A stretch of DNA of 64,000 bases from Mobula birostris (taxonomy: Eukaryota). The notes under the pieces are model-generated. The model searched no databases, was not told where the DNA came from, and worked only from the letters and a program-made list of their open reading frames with translations. This document shows, piece by piece, positions 51,826 to 64,000 of the stretch. Where the stretch lies: positions 23,925,821 to 23,989,820 of the forward strand of contig NC_092379.1 in NCBI RefSeq assembly GCF_030028105.1, in the 5' to 3' direction. The stretch's first letter is position 1, and each line of letters opens with the position of its first letter. Made by a program: the position numbers and the translations under genes.

Positions 51826-51906
51826 TTGGCAGAACTGTCAACCGAATGCCGCCGCCAAATATCATCGTCCTACTTCTACACAGTAAGAATGAGTAAGGTA
51901 AAAATT
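51826..51906 (-). CDS. TCR alpha/delta-type J segment (coding 51878-51826) with 12-RSS
   Basis: Minus strand AATTTTTAC-12-TACTGTG, then a 53-nt coding region RSRTMIFGGGIRLTVLP ending in a phase-1 donor A|GTGAGT. The FGxG motif, terminal Pro and length fit TCR J rather than IgH (WGxG) or IgL (~38 nt). Confidence 0.88.
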
Positions 51907-53939
51907 TGCTAAACGACTAGCGGCTCCAATTACACAATGACGCCAACGGGCTTTTGTGCTGTTTTCTAATTGCGATCTGTCACTGAATTAAAAAAAAAAG
52001 TTGCATTAACTTATAAAGAAAGTATCAAATGGTACTTTACGCCGGAGGGAGTGCTTACTTTTTCCAGTTAGTAGAAGCAAATGACTTCAAACATAAACAC
52101 AGGGAATTTAACTTACATGCAAGACTGTAGGCGTAGTACCACTGCCATACGTTTTTTTTTTAACAGTCGTGTCAAATAAAATCATGCAACAACCGCCCGT
52201 CCAGAAACATCCAAATGAACCAAAGGAACATTAAAAACAAGATAAAATTTGCAGATGCTGGAAGTCCAAGCAATACAAACAAAATGCTTAAAGAACTCAG
52301 CAGGACAGAGAAGAGTCAGCCGACGTTACGGGCCAGCAACCTTCAGCAGGATATTTAACAGGAACATCCATGCAACGGGTCTTTCCGGTCTAAGTACTTA
52401 CCCATGTTAGTCGCATTTTTGAGAAACCCCATGCTTCGGTGTCCTTTCTATACAAACCTTTATATATGTTTTTGTTTTAACCATTGTAATAAAACTGGGT
52501 ATATACCTTCCCCCTGCAACTCGTTTCATGTACCTCATAATGCAATCCAAACTCCTCTAAAATCTGTCACCTCACAATTTACATCTGCGTCTTCTCGTCT
52601 TAGATACCCCTGCCCAGGAAGGAAAAAGACTGTGATCATCACCATATTAACCCTCCAGCAATAAGGTCAACGCTTAGCCTCCTACAACCTTGGCGAAAAC
52701 AAAAATCTCCCCTTTATCTCGCTCTTATTATCACTATAGCTCCCCTCCCATTCCCCACATTTATTAGCATCACCATTTCCAGCTTATTGTCCTGACTTGC
52801 CTTTTTGAAATAAAAACGCAACATTAGCAGTCCTCCAGATTTTCGATATGCCCAGAGAAATCCCTTAATTTCACGTGCGTATGTTCTATCCCCCGTGTCT
52901 TTCAAATATGTGCTTCATCTTCTTCGGTGTAATTTTTTTTTTTTTTTTAGCCGAAATCCCACATCTCTGGAAGGGTCCTGATAAGCTTTCCCGATTCATC
53001 ACCAGCACACTGTACCTCTGTATGAATTACAAGAGTCCGGTTATATTATGGAGTCTGCACGTGCCTCACTACTGTCAACAATATCTGCATGTGCAAACCC
53101 AAGATCATATACTTATATTCCTCCTTTACCACTTGGCCCCTTTTCCTCCATCGTGACTCAGCATCCATTTTTGCAAAAGTTATTGCTTCACGTATTAAAT
53201 TGCGTTCGACTCGTGAGTATTAATTTTACTTCATTTCCGCAGCCCGGATTTCTTTCAGTCTGTCCGAATTTCTTTCAGTGACTTTGAGTCACTATGATCT
53301 CGTCCATTTTCGGTGTCCATTTTTAGAGGCAAGGAAAAAAAATTGAAATTGTGTCGGGACCAAATTGATTGGATGATAAATATGATGTGTTTAATAATAA
53401 CAGATAAGTACATAATGGAATCATCAAAACATAAAAAAGTCTGCATTTTAAAAATAAAAGAGAAAATATCTTGAAACATTCAGCAGAACGGGCAGTATCT
53501 GGGTGTGGAAGGCTTCTTATATCCAATATTTGAACACAATTTCTCTTTCAACAGATATTGACCGACCTGATGAGTGCTCCTACTATGTTCTTTTTTTGAA
53601 TTATTGTTTTAAGAAACAACCCTTTAGGTGTATAATGACAGGCCTATGATATTCGTTCCTCCGGGAACACTGTGAAAATCGGTGAAAGAGGGATTTTTTT
53701 TTTTTTTGGTAAATGAAGAAGAAAGTACAATATTGAATATGGGGCAAAACGTTTAGTGTGAGTAGAACTGCGGAAATTATTAACGCTAGAATAGAAAGAA
53801 GCATACCAAACGGCAATTAGGCCGGAGAATCTCTTTGAAATCATACAGATTCAAGCGAGTATATATATTAAGGTTCCTCAATTTTTGAAATATATTACTG
53901 TAGAACAAAATCAGATAAAGCAATGAAACACCGTCTAAC

Positions 53940-55050
53940 TTAAATGTGCATAAAGACTTGGCTTCCACAGCTGCCTGTGGCAAAGAATTCCATAGATTCA
54001 CCAGTCTGGATAAAGAAATTCCTCCACATCTCCGTTCTATAAGGACGCCCTTCTATTCTGAGTGCGTGCCCTCTGGTCTTAGACGCACCTACTGGAAGAA
54101 AAATCTTCTTCCGATCCACTCTATCAAAGCGTTTCACTATGAGGGAGGTTTCAATGAGGTCTCTCATCATTCTTCAGAATTCCACTGAATGCAGGCCCAG
54201 AGCCATTTAACGCTCTTCATACGCAAAACATTCGAACCTGGAAACATTTTCCGTGTATCTCCTTTGAGCTCTCTACAGTTTCAGCACTTCCTTTCTATGA
54301 TAAAGGGCCCAAACCTGCTCACAATACTCCAAGTCGGGGCTCAATAGTGCGTTATAACTTTTCAACATTAAATCCTTGCTTTTATATTCCAGTCTAATGT
54401 GCCTAGCTGACCACAGACTACAATTAATCTGTAGTGAATCCTGCACAAAGATTCCCTGGTTCATTTGTACACTTGTTTTGTATTTTCTTTCCATTTAGAA
54501 AACAGTCAATCATTACATATCTTTCATCAAAGTGCATGATCAAACTCAACATTATATTCCATCTGCTATGTCGTAGCTCATTCTCCTAATTTGTCTAAGT
54601 CTTTCTGTAACCTCTCTACTTCCTCAAAACTATCTGCTCCTCCACCTATCATCATATCCTCTGCAATCCTTTGAACAAAGCCATCTATTCTATCATCCAG
54701 ATCATTGCAAAATGACGTAAAAAGAACCGGTTCTAACACAGATCCCTGTGGAACACCACTAGTCACTGGCAACTAGCCAGAAAACACTCAATTTATTTCC
54801 ACCCGTTGCATCCTGCTGATCAGCCATTGCCTTATCCATGCCAGAGTATGTCCTATGATACGTTGGGTCCTTAGCTTAAGCGGTCTTACGTGACGCACCC
54901 GGTCAAAGGCCATGTGAAATTCCAAGTGTACAACATCAACCGATAGTCTATCCTGCTTGTTATTGCTTCAAAGAATTCCAACAGATTTGTTAGGCAAGAT
55001 TTTCCCTTGAGGAAAGCATGTTGACTATGGCTTATTTTATCATGTGCTTC
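53940..55050 (-). mobile_element. Decayed CR1-like RT fragments
   Basis: TSGVPQGSVLEP, SCLTNLLEFFE, LLSPDLEYCEQ. Confidence 0.85.
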
Positions 55051-55053
55051 CAG

Positions 55054-55872
55054 GTGGAGTTTAATACAGACAAGTGTGAGGCATTGCACGTTGGAAGGAC
55101 AAACTAAGGTAGAACATACAGGGTTAATGGTAAGGCACTGAGAAGTGCAGTAGAACAGAAGGATCTGGGAACACAGATACAAAATTCCCTAAAAGTGGCG
55201 TTACAGGTAGGCAGGGACGTAAAGAGATCTTTTGGTACATTGGCCTTTATTAATCAATGTATTGAGTATAAGAGCTGGAGTGTTATGATGAGGTTGTATA
55301 AAGCATTGGTGAGGCCGAATCTGGAGTATTTTGTTCAGTTTTGGTCACCAAATTACAGGAAGGATATAAATAAGTTTGAAAGAGTGCAGAGAAGGTTTAC
55401 AAGGATGTTGCCGGAACTTGAGAAACTCAGTTACAGAGAAAGGTTGAATAGGTTAGGACTTTATTCCCTGGAGCGTAGAAGAATGAGGGGAGATTTGATA
55501 GAGGTATATAAAATTATGATGGGTATAGATAGAGTGAATGCAAGCAGGCCTTTTCCACTGAGGCAAGGGGAGAAAAAAAAAACAGGGGACATGGGTTAAG
55601 GGTGAGTGGGGAAGAATTTAAAGGGAACATTGGGAGGGGGGCGCTTCTTCACACAGAGAGTGGTGGGAGTATGGAATGAGCTGCCAGACGAGGTGGTAAA
55701 TGCGAGTTCTTTTTTTAACATTTAAGATTAAATTGGACAGATAAATTGGATGGGAGGTGTATGGAGGGATATGGTCCGTGTGCAGGTCAGTGGGACTAGG
55801 CAGAAAATGGTTCGGCACAGCCAAGAAGGGCCAAAAGGCCTGCTTCTGTGCTGCAGTTTTTCTATACTTTCT
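55054..55872 (+). mobile_element. CR1-like LINE 3' RT fragment
   Basis: LVRPNLEYFVQFWSP, LERRRMRGDLIEVYK, tail. Confidence 0.92.
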
Positions 55873-55879
55873 ATTATTT

Positions 55880-56680
55880 CTATAGGTATCCTTAGTAATT
55901 GTCTCCAGCATCTACCCAACCACTGAGGGGAGACTAACTGGCCTATAGTTTTATTTCTTCTCCCTCCCTCCTTTCTTAAAGTGTGGAATGACATTTGCAA
56001 TTTTGCAGTCCCCTGGAGTCATTTCAGTATCTGACGATTCTTTAAATATCATTGCTAATGCCTCAACAATCTCTTGAGCAACTTATTTCAGAACTCTAGG
56101 GCGTACACCATCTCGTCCAGGTGACCTATCCAAATTCATATCTTTTCAGTTTCAAAAGAACCTTCTCTCCATATACGGTAGCTTCACACACCTCATGCCC
56201 CCTGACACCTAGAACTTTCATCATACTTCTAATATCTTCCACAGTGAAGACTAACGCAAAATGCTTATTGATCTCGTCCGTTATTTCGTACTCTTCATTG
56301 ATAGCTCTCCAGCAGGCATTGTTTTTCTGAGGTCTGATATTCACTCTTGCCTCTCTGGTACATGTAATGTATTTGAAGAACCGCTAGCTATACTCTTTCA
56401 TCTTATTGGCTAGCTTACTTTCGTATTCTATTTTTATCTTCCTAGTGACTTTTTAGATGCCTTCTGTCGGTATTTGAAAGCTTCCTAATCCTCTAACTTC
56501 CCACTAATAGCTACTCTATTATATACCACACTTCGGTTTTATGTTGGCTTTGACTTCTTGTGTTACCCACAGTTGCGTCATCTTTCATTCAGAATCTCCT
56601 TCCTCTTTGGGATGCATATATCCTGTGTCTTCCGAATTGCTTTTAGAAATTTCAGTCACCGCTGCTCCGCCGCAAACCGT
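55880..56680 (-). mobile_element. Decayed CR1-like fragment
   Basis: EINKHFALVFTVED, GRRNKTIGQLV (NYRPVSL homologue). Confidence 0.7.
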
Positions 56681-56914
56681 GCTCGTGTTCGTTTCCAATC
56701 AAACATCAGCAGCATTACTTGCCCAAATTTATACCGAACTACACAATCTATCACGGGATATATATTGTACGCGTCCTTTAGCATACCCCGCCTTGAGAAC
56801 TAAAATCTTGTCAAGGAGTTTGGAGGTGTTGCGTGCCATAATGACCCCGTAGGCCTTGTGATTTGCCTCTTGGAAGGCTCAGCCATGCCAAGCAGGTCAA
56901 AGTGTAGAGGCCAC

Positions 56915-57320
56915 ACTAAGTGCAGTCCACCGTTCCTCCAGGTATTGGAACAGCTTGACGGGTGGAGCGGCAGGTTCTGATGCACAAGTCTTCAGAACTA
57001 CTGCTGGGATTTTGTGGAGGCCTATAGCCTTCGAAGTATCCAGTGCTTTCAGCTATTTCTTGATATCATGTGAGGTGAATCGGATTGGCAGCATGCTAAC
57101 ATTTGGGATGCTGGGAATTCTGGAGCAGACAGAGGTGGATCATCTACTTCGCAGTTTTGACAGAAGATTATTGCAAATGACTTAGCCTCATCTTTTGCAC
57201 AGGTGTGCTGGGCTCTTCTACCATTGACGATGGGGATAGTTGTGGTGCCTTCTCTTCCAATAAATTGTCTTAGCGTCCACCACCATTCACGGTTGGATGT
57301 GGCAGGATTACTGAACTTAA
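56915..57320 (-). mobile_element. LINE ORF2 fragment (second family); a related endonuclease fragment lies at 59805-60215 (-)
   Basis: Frameshifted remnants TTIPIVNG..AQH..AKDEAKSFA; LDLILINLP at ~60.2 kb. Confidence 0.6.
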
Positions 57321-57344
57321 ATCTAATGCGTTGGTTGTTGGACC

Positions 57345-59803
57345 ACTAAATAACAGGGTTGTTATCATAGGTGACTTTAACTTCCCTAATTTCGATTAGC
57401 ACCTGATTAGTTCCAAGGGTTTAGATGGGGCAGAGTTTGTTAAGTGCGTCTAGGACGGATTCCTGTCACAGTATGTGGACAGGCCGACTAGGAGGAATGC
57501 CATACTGGATCTAGTACTAGGTAACGAAACGGGTCAGGTCACAGATCTCTCAGTGGGTGAGTATCTGGGGGACAGCGACCACCACTCACTGGCCTTTAGC
57601 AATATCATGAAAAAGGGTAGAATCAGAGAGGACAGGAAAATTTTTAATTAGGGAAGGGCAAATTATGAGGCTATAAGGCTAGAACTTGTGGGTGTGAATT
57701 GGGATGATGTTTTTGCGTTGAAATGCACTACTGACATGTGGTCGATGTTTAGAGATCTCTTGCAGGATGTTAGGGATGCATTTGTCCCGATGAGGAAGAT
57801 AAAGGATGGTAGGGTGAAGGAACGATGGGTGACAAGTGAAGTGGAAAATCTAGTCTGGTGGAAGAAGACAGCATAAATGAGGTTTAGGGAGCAAAGATCA
57901 GATGTGTCTACTGAGGAATATAGGGAAACTAGAAAGGAGGTTAAGAAGGGGCTGAGAAGAGCAAGGAGGGGGCATGAGAAGGCCTTGGTGAGTAAGGTAA
58001 AGGAAAACCCCAAGGCATTCTTCAATTATGTGAAGAAGAAAAGGATGGCAGGAGTAAAGGTTGGACCAATTAAAGATAAAGGTGGAAGTATGTACCTGGA
58101 GGCTGTGGAAGTTAACGAGGTCCTCAATGAATACTTCTCTTCGGTATTCACCAATGAGACGGAACTTGATTCCGGTGAGGACAATATGAGTGAGGTTGAT
58201 GTTCTGGAGCATGGTGATATTAAGGGAGAGGAGGTGTTGGAGTTGCTAAAATACATTAGGACAGATAAGTCCCCGGGCCCTGACGGAATATTCCCCAGGC
58301 TGCTCCACGAGGCAAGGGAAGAGATTGCTCTGCCTCTGGGTAGGATCTTTATGTCCTCCTTGTCGACAGGGATGTTACCGGAGGAATGGAGGGAGGCGAA
58401 TGTTGTCCCCTTGTTCCATAAAGGTAGTAGGGATAGTCCGGGTAATTATAGACCAGTCAGCCTTACACCTGTGGTGGGAAAGCTGTTGGAAAAGATTCTT
58501 ACAGATAGGATCTATGGGCATTTAGAGAATCATGGTCTGATCAGGGACAGTCAACATTGCTTTGTGAAAGGCAGATCGTGTCTAACAAGCCTGATAGAGT
58601 TCTTAGATGAGGTGACCAGACAGGGTAGAGCAGTGGATGTGATCTACATGGATTTTACGAAGGCATTTGACAAGGTTCCACACGGTAGAGTTATTCAGAA
58701 AGTCAAAAGGCATGGGATACAGGGAGGTTTGACCAAGCGGATTCAGAAATGGCTTTCCTACAGATGGCAGAGTGTCGTTGTGGAGGGGTTACATTCAGAT
58801 TGGAGGATTTTGACCAGTCCTGTCCCACAATGAACTGTTCTGGGACCTCTAATTTTCGTGATTTTTTTTTAACGACCTGGATGTGTGGGTAGAAGGATTA
58901 GTTGGCAAGTTTGCAGACGACACAAAGGTTGGTGGTGTTGTAGATAGGGTAGAGGATTGTCGAAGATTGCAGAGACACATTGACAGGATGCAGACCTGGG
59001 CTGAGAAGTGGCAGATGGAGTTCAACCCGGAGAAGTGTGAGGTGGTACACTTTGGAAGGACAAACTCCAAGGCAGAGTACAGAATAAATAGCAGGATACT
59101 TGGTAGTGTGGAGGAGCAGAAGGATCTGGGGGTATATGTCCACAGATCCCTGAAAGTTGCCTCACAGGCAGATAGGGTAGTTGAGAAAGTTTATGCTGTG
59201 TTAGCTTTCATAAGTTGAGGGACAGAGTTTAAGAGTCACAATGTAATGATACAGCTCTATAAAACTCTGGTTAGGCCACACTTAGAGTACTGTGTCCAGT
59301 TCTGGTCGCCTCACAATAGGAAGGACGTAGAAGCATTGGAAAGTGTACAGAGGAGATTTACCAGAATGCTGCCTCGTTTAGAGATTATTGATTATGATCA
59401 GAGATTAAGGGAGCTAGGGTTTTACCCTTTGGCGAGAAGGAGGATGAGAGGAGACATGACAGAGATGTACACGATATTTTGAGGAATAGGCAGAGTGGAT
59501 AGCCAGCGCTTCTTCCACAGGGCACAACTACTTAATGCAAGAGGACATGGCTTTAAGGTAGGGGGTGGGAAGTTCAAGGGGGATATCAGAGGAAGGTTTT
59601 TTACTCAGAGAATGGTTGGTGCGTGGAATGCACTGCCTGAGTCAGTGGTAGAGGTTGATACACTAATGACGTTTAAGAGTCTACTAGACAGTTATATGGA
59701 GGAATTTAAGGTGGGGGGGGTGTATATGGGATGCAGGATTTGAGGGTCGGCACAACATTGTGGGCCGAAAGGCCTGTAATGTGCTGTACTATTCTATGTT
59801 CTA
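57345..59803 (+). mobile_element. CR1-like LINE ORF2 (endonuclease end + RT) with stops and frameshifts
   Basis: VIIGDFNF, GNYRPVSLTPVVGK, YMDFTKAFDKVPH, FADDTKVGG, LVRPHLEYCVQFWSP, FFTQRMVGAWNALP, tail. Confidence 0.95.
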
Positions 59804-60224
59804 TTACTTGCTGCTTGTGCTGCTAGACATACAAAAAGCCCTGTATTGTGGCTTCACCAGGGCGATGCCCATATTGAAGTGTACCTACAGTTGTTCTCGG
59901 CAAACCCTACTGCACGCTTCATTGAAGCAAGGTTGAACCCCAGAACTGTGGATCAGTCGCCCATGAGGCTGCAGATAGTTGTTGATTACAATTCTACTGC
60001 TGCTGATGTCCCACAGCACCTTATAGATGCCAGTCTTTGGCTGCTAGATCTATTCGAAATCTATCGCATTTTGCACGCTGGTTGTGCTATACAAAGCGGT
60101 GGAGTGTTTCTTCAATGTGGACACCGGATTTAGTCTCCAAAAGTAGTGTGCAGTGCTCACTTCTACTAATGCAGTCATGGACAGATGCTTCCGCGGCAGG
60201 TTGATGAGAATGAGGTCAAGTGTA

Positions 60225-60390
60225 CTGCGCGTGAGAGAGGGAACCGCAGCTTGAGCTGGCTTTGACCTACTGAAACAAGAGGCGCAGCTTCCTGTTTCCA
60301 TCCCCAACAGTGATTTCAATTTTCCAAGAGTTGTTTGTCTCTGTACAGTACACAGGTCAGCGGCAATGACGAGATCCGGATTAAAGATCT
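60225..60390 (-). pseudogene. Second relic VH promoter copy
   Basis: cttcctgtttccatccccaacagtgatttcaattttcc...caggtcagcggcaatgacgagatccgg aligns to the V upstream regions; flanked by TEs, with no leader or V left. Confidence 0.6.
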
Positions 60391-60860
60391 GTCATAACAC
60401 GCTGGAGGAACACAGCAGGTCGGGCACCATCCGTGAAAACGATCAGTCAACGTTTCGGGCCGGGCCCTTCGTCAGGACTGAAGAGGGAAGGGGCAGAGGC
60501 CCTATAAGGAAGGTGGGGGTAGGGTGGGAAGGAAAAGGCTGGTAGGTTCCAGGTGGAAAACCAGTAAGGAGAAAGAAAAAGGGGTGGGGGGGTGGGAGGT
60601 GATAGACAGGAAAGGTGAAGAAGGAATAGGGGAAAGCACAATGCATAGTAGAAGGAGGCGGAACCATGAGGGAGGTAGGAGGCAGCTGGGGGAGCGGGCA
60701 GAGTGAAACTGGGATAGGGGAAGGGAGGGGGAGGGAATTGCCGGAATTTGGAGAATTCAATGTTCATACCAAGGGGCAGGAGACTACCTAGACAGTTTAT
60801 GAGGTGTTGCTCCTCCAACCTGAGTTTAGCCTCATCATGACAGTGGAGGAGGCCATGAAG
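60388..60860 (-). mobile_element. Penelope-like element 3' part
   Basis: MNIEFSKFR-type C-terminus and terminal repeat, as in the 63-kb element. Confidence 0.75.
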
Positions 60861-61610
60861 AAACTTTTGGTATCCTCCTTAATATTATTGGTAAACATAC
60901 TTTTGAATTCCATCTTTACCGTCTTCATGACCTTTAGTTGCCTTCGGTTGTTTTTAAAAGTTTCTCTATTATTTTTTGCCCTGTTACTTGCTCTCTCTTT
61001 AGCTTTTTTTTCCTCTGACTTCTTTCTGACATCTCTTGTTTGCCTCGGTTATGCTATCTTTTCTTGAGCATACTTCTTCCTCTTTGGGATGTACTGCATA
61101 TATCCAGTTTCTTCTGAATTTCTTACAGAAATTCCAGCCATCATCCTCGCAAGTGGTCATTTCCAAACAATTCTGGCCAACTCCTCTCTCGTGCCTCTGT
61201 AATTCCCTTTACTCCATTACAATACTTATACGTCTATTCTTAGCTTCTCCTTCTCCTTCTAGAATAGAAGGTTATATGGCTAGCAGGAAGCAGCTTAAGA
61301 ATGAAATTAGGAGAGCCAGAAGAGGCCATGAGCAGGCCTTGGCAGACAGGTTTGCGGAAAAAACCGCAAGGCCTTCTACAAGTATGTGAAGAGCAAGAGG
61401 ATAAGACGTCAGAGAATGGGACGAATCAAGTGTGACAGTGGAGAAGTGTGTATTGCACTGGAAGAAATAGCGGTGATTTCTGACGATAATCTTTGCTTCA
61501 TCAATGAGGACGGGAGAGGTTCGGGAGGATTGGAGGGTTGCGGACGTTGTTCCGTTATTCAAGAAAGGGAGTAGGGATAGCCAAAGAAATCATAGGCCAG
61601 TGAGTCGTAC
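60860..61610. mobile_element. Mixed-orientation CR1-like fragments
   Basis: LKNEIRRARRGHEQAL, NHRPVSRT remnants. Confidence 0.7.
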
Positions 61611-61619
61611 AAAGCGTCC

Positions 61620-61990
61620 AGGAAACAGGAGGCTCCCGGTGGGCGACAAGCTGTGGGGCACTTAGCTGACAGAGAATACAGGAGGAAGCAGGGATAAAGA
61701 ATGTCCCTCATCGATCAGAGAACAAAGTCAGCCTTAGATACTTTTGGGATTTGTGTTTCAGCTTAGACTGGCTTTATCATGAGTCGCAGTGAGCGCTGTT
61801 TAAATAGAGTTATGGAGAGACGGAACCACAGCTTGAACGGGGTCTCACACACAGGAACCAAAGGCGCAGGCTTCTCTCTCCGCCCCCAGCAGAAATTTCA
61901 ATTCCCTACTGGATGTTTGTCTCTGTACAGTAGACAAGTCAGTAGCAGTGACTATACCCAGATCGAAGATCTACCACACTATTTTCAAAT
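61620..61990 (-). pseudogene. Relic VH cassette: leader exon 61711-61666 plus promoter, V exon replaced by LINE
   Basis: ATG AGG GAC ATT CTT TAT CCC TGC TTC CTC CTG TAT TCT CTG TCA G (MRDILYPCFLLYSLS-G) aligns to the V1-V5 leaders. The donor is mutated to CTAAGT, the upstream sequence matches the V promoters, and homology stops at the CR1 fragment near 61610. Confidence 0.7.
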
Positions 61991-63042
61991 CATCAATTTC
62001 AGCGTTGGAAAAGTTATTTAAACTGAAACACAGAGAATACAGCGAGAGCGATTGACAGACACCATTAGTTGATGGACATCCCCATCAGAGACAGTGACAG
62101 AGAGAGATACTTGTCAGCGGACGAATATCACCCTGTGAGACAGGACAGAATGACTCCTGTTTGTGGACAGATATCCGCCGACAGAAGGACGCTGAGAGAA
62201 ACCAGTCATGGAACAGATATTCCCCTGAGGTGGTGTCTAAGAGACATCACTTAGTGGATAGATATCCCGCTGAAAGACAGGGGCAAGGACGCACGTCAGT
62301 CATGCCTGGTGCCCCTCTTCGGGACGCGGTCTGAGAGACACAGATCGCCGTAGGGAAATGCATGAAGCCACAAAAAGAATTACCGCAACATCTTCGGTCC
62401 TCGCCCATATTAGGAGAATCAATATTATCCACAGATCCTTTGGTGGAAATGTATGTAATATATACGATTGCGTAAAGTTGTTTTTAAGAGAACTGGCAAA
62501 TTATATGAACGCCATGTCCTAGGCACAGCTCCCCTCACCAGTGTTAGACAACTCTTTGAACTGCTTGAGCAGGTGAGAGGAACAGCACATTTGATGCAGG
62601 GAGATCAGAAGCAGAAACCAATCAGTAAGTGAAGCAGTGGTTGCTGGTAACATGATGCGCCGCAGTAGGTTGGGAGGCAAGCGCTTCTGAAGAGTGGTCA
62701 ATATTGAGAGGAAACACACGGGGGAGGGCATCCAATGCGCAGATCAGCAGTCTGGGCAATTTTGTTTACCCACCCTGATAATGGTACCATGGCATCCTCA
62801 CTCAAATATAATCTACTCTGATAGAACAGCTAATCAAATTAAAGCTCAGCCCTACCAAGGTGATTTGCCGTCACTCAGCAGCTTTCATTCCTTTACGACC
62901 AACCAGAGTAGATTCTGCAGATAATGAATAACATTTTGAAATGGATTAATTGTTGTCATGGAATGATGATGAGACCCAAATAGTATATAATACCCGCTCT
63001 GAAACAGCAACGACGTCCAAAGAGATAAGGCACTCTGTGACA

Positions 63043-64000
63043 GCAACACACACACATAATGCTGGTGAACGCAGCAGGTCAGACAGCATATATAGGAAGA
63101 GGTACAGTGAACGTTTCGGGCTGGGACTAATCGTCACGACTAACGGAAAGAAGAGATAGTAAGAGATTTGAAAGACCGGGGGGGGGGTGTTAGATCCGAA
63201 ATGATACGAGAACACAGGAGGGGAGGGGTGGATCTATGAACTGGAGAAGGTAGAGGGTCATGGGCCGAGAAGCCTGGGGAGAAAGAAAGGGAGGAGGGGA
63301 GGCCGGAGGTTGGAGAGCAGGCAACGAATTATATTGAGAGGGACAGAGGGAGAAAAAAAAAACAGAGAGAGAGGAAAAAACGGAAAATAAACAATATATA
63401 AGATAAATAAATAAGGGATGGGGTGTGAAGGGGAGGTGGGGCATTAGCGGAAGTTAGAGAAATCAATATTCATACCATCAGGTTGGAGGCTACCCAAACG
63501 GAATATAAGGTGTTGTTCCTCCAACCTGAGTGTGCCTTCATCTTGACGGTAGAGGAGGCCATGGATAGACATGTACGAATGGAATGGGACGTGGAATTAA
63601 AATGTGTGGCCATTGGGAGATCCTGCTTTCTCTGGCGGACAGAGCGTAGATGTTCAGCGAAACAGTCTCCCAGCCTGCGTCGGGTCTCGCCAATATATAG
63701 AAGGCCGCACCGGGAGCACCGGACGCAGTGTATCACCCCAGCCAACTCGCAGTTGAAGTGTCACCTCACCTGGAAGGACTGTCTGGGGCCCTAAATGGTG
63801 GTGAGGGAGGTTGTGTGAGGGCATCTGTGGCACTTGTTCCGCTCACAAGGATAAGCGCCGGGAGGGAGATCGGTGGGAAGGGATGGGGGGGGGGGGGTAC
63901 GAATGGACAAGGAAGTCGCGTAGGGAGCGATCCCTGCGGAAAGCGAGGGGGAAGGGGCGGGGAGGCAGTGGACGGAAAGATGCGCTTGATGGTGCGATAC
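63043..64000 (-). mobile_element. Penelope-like retroelement with GIY-YIG endonuclease
   Basis: ORF 63745-63470 GVIHCVRCSRCGLLYIGETRRRLGDCFAEHLRS...MATHFN; runs off the window end. Confidence 0.9.

Noticed and set aside
51949-51987. Possible 23-RSS (TTCAGTG-23-ACAAAAGCC on the minus strand) just upstream of a J
   Set aside because: The heptamer lacks the essential CAC and there is no matching 5' RSS or D body

Overview
Eukaryotic, repeat-rich vertebrate DNA, probably from a cartilaginous fish (ray-like, inferred from the repeat families and VH style). It is an antigen-receptor locus, with all segments on the minus strand. Positions 1 to ~46.4 kb hold a tandem array of five Ig heavy-chain-type V cassettes (leader exon, ~110-nt intron, V exon, 23-RSS), each followed ~0.8 kb downstream by a single D site flanked by 12/12 RSSs. 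I found no JH or constant exon in any cassette. The cassettes alternate between two subfamilies in a ~18-22 kb higher-order repeat: V at 3.7, 22 and 43 kb are pseudogenes sharing one lesion, while V at 14 and 35.7 kb are intact with good RSSs. A TE-poor unique block (47.7-54 kb) contains two TCR alpha/delta-type J segments with 12-RSSs (51165-51214, 51826-51878) and no recognisable C exon. Older, TE-shattered relics of the same VH cassette lie beyond them (56.7-63 kb), so the TCR-type Js sit inside an IgH-V cassette array. The rest is CR1-like and Rex1-like LINE fragments, Penelope-like (GIY-YIG) elements and a hAT fragment. Most ORFs in the track are TE debris or noise.
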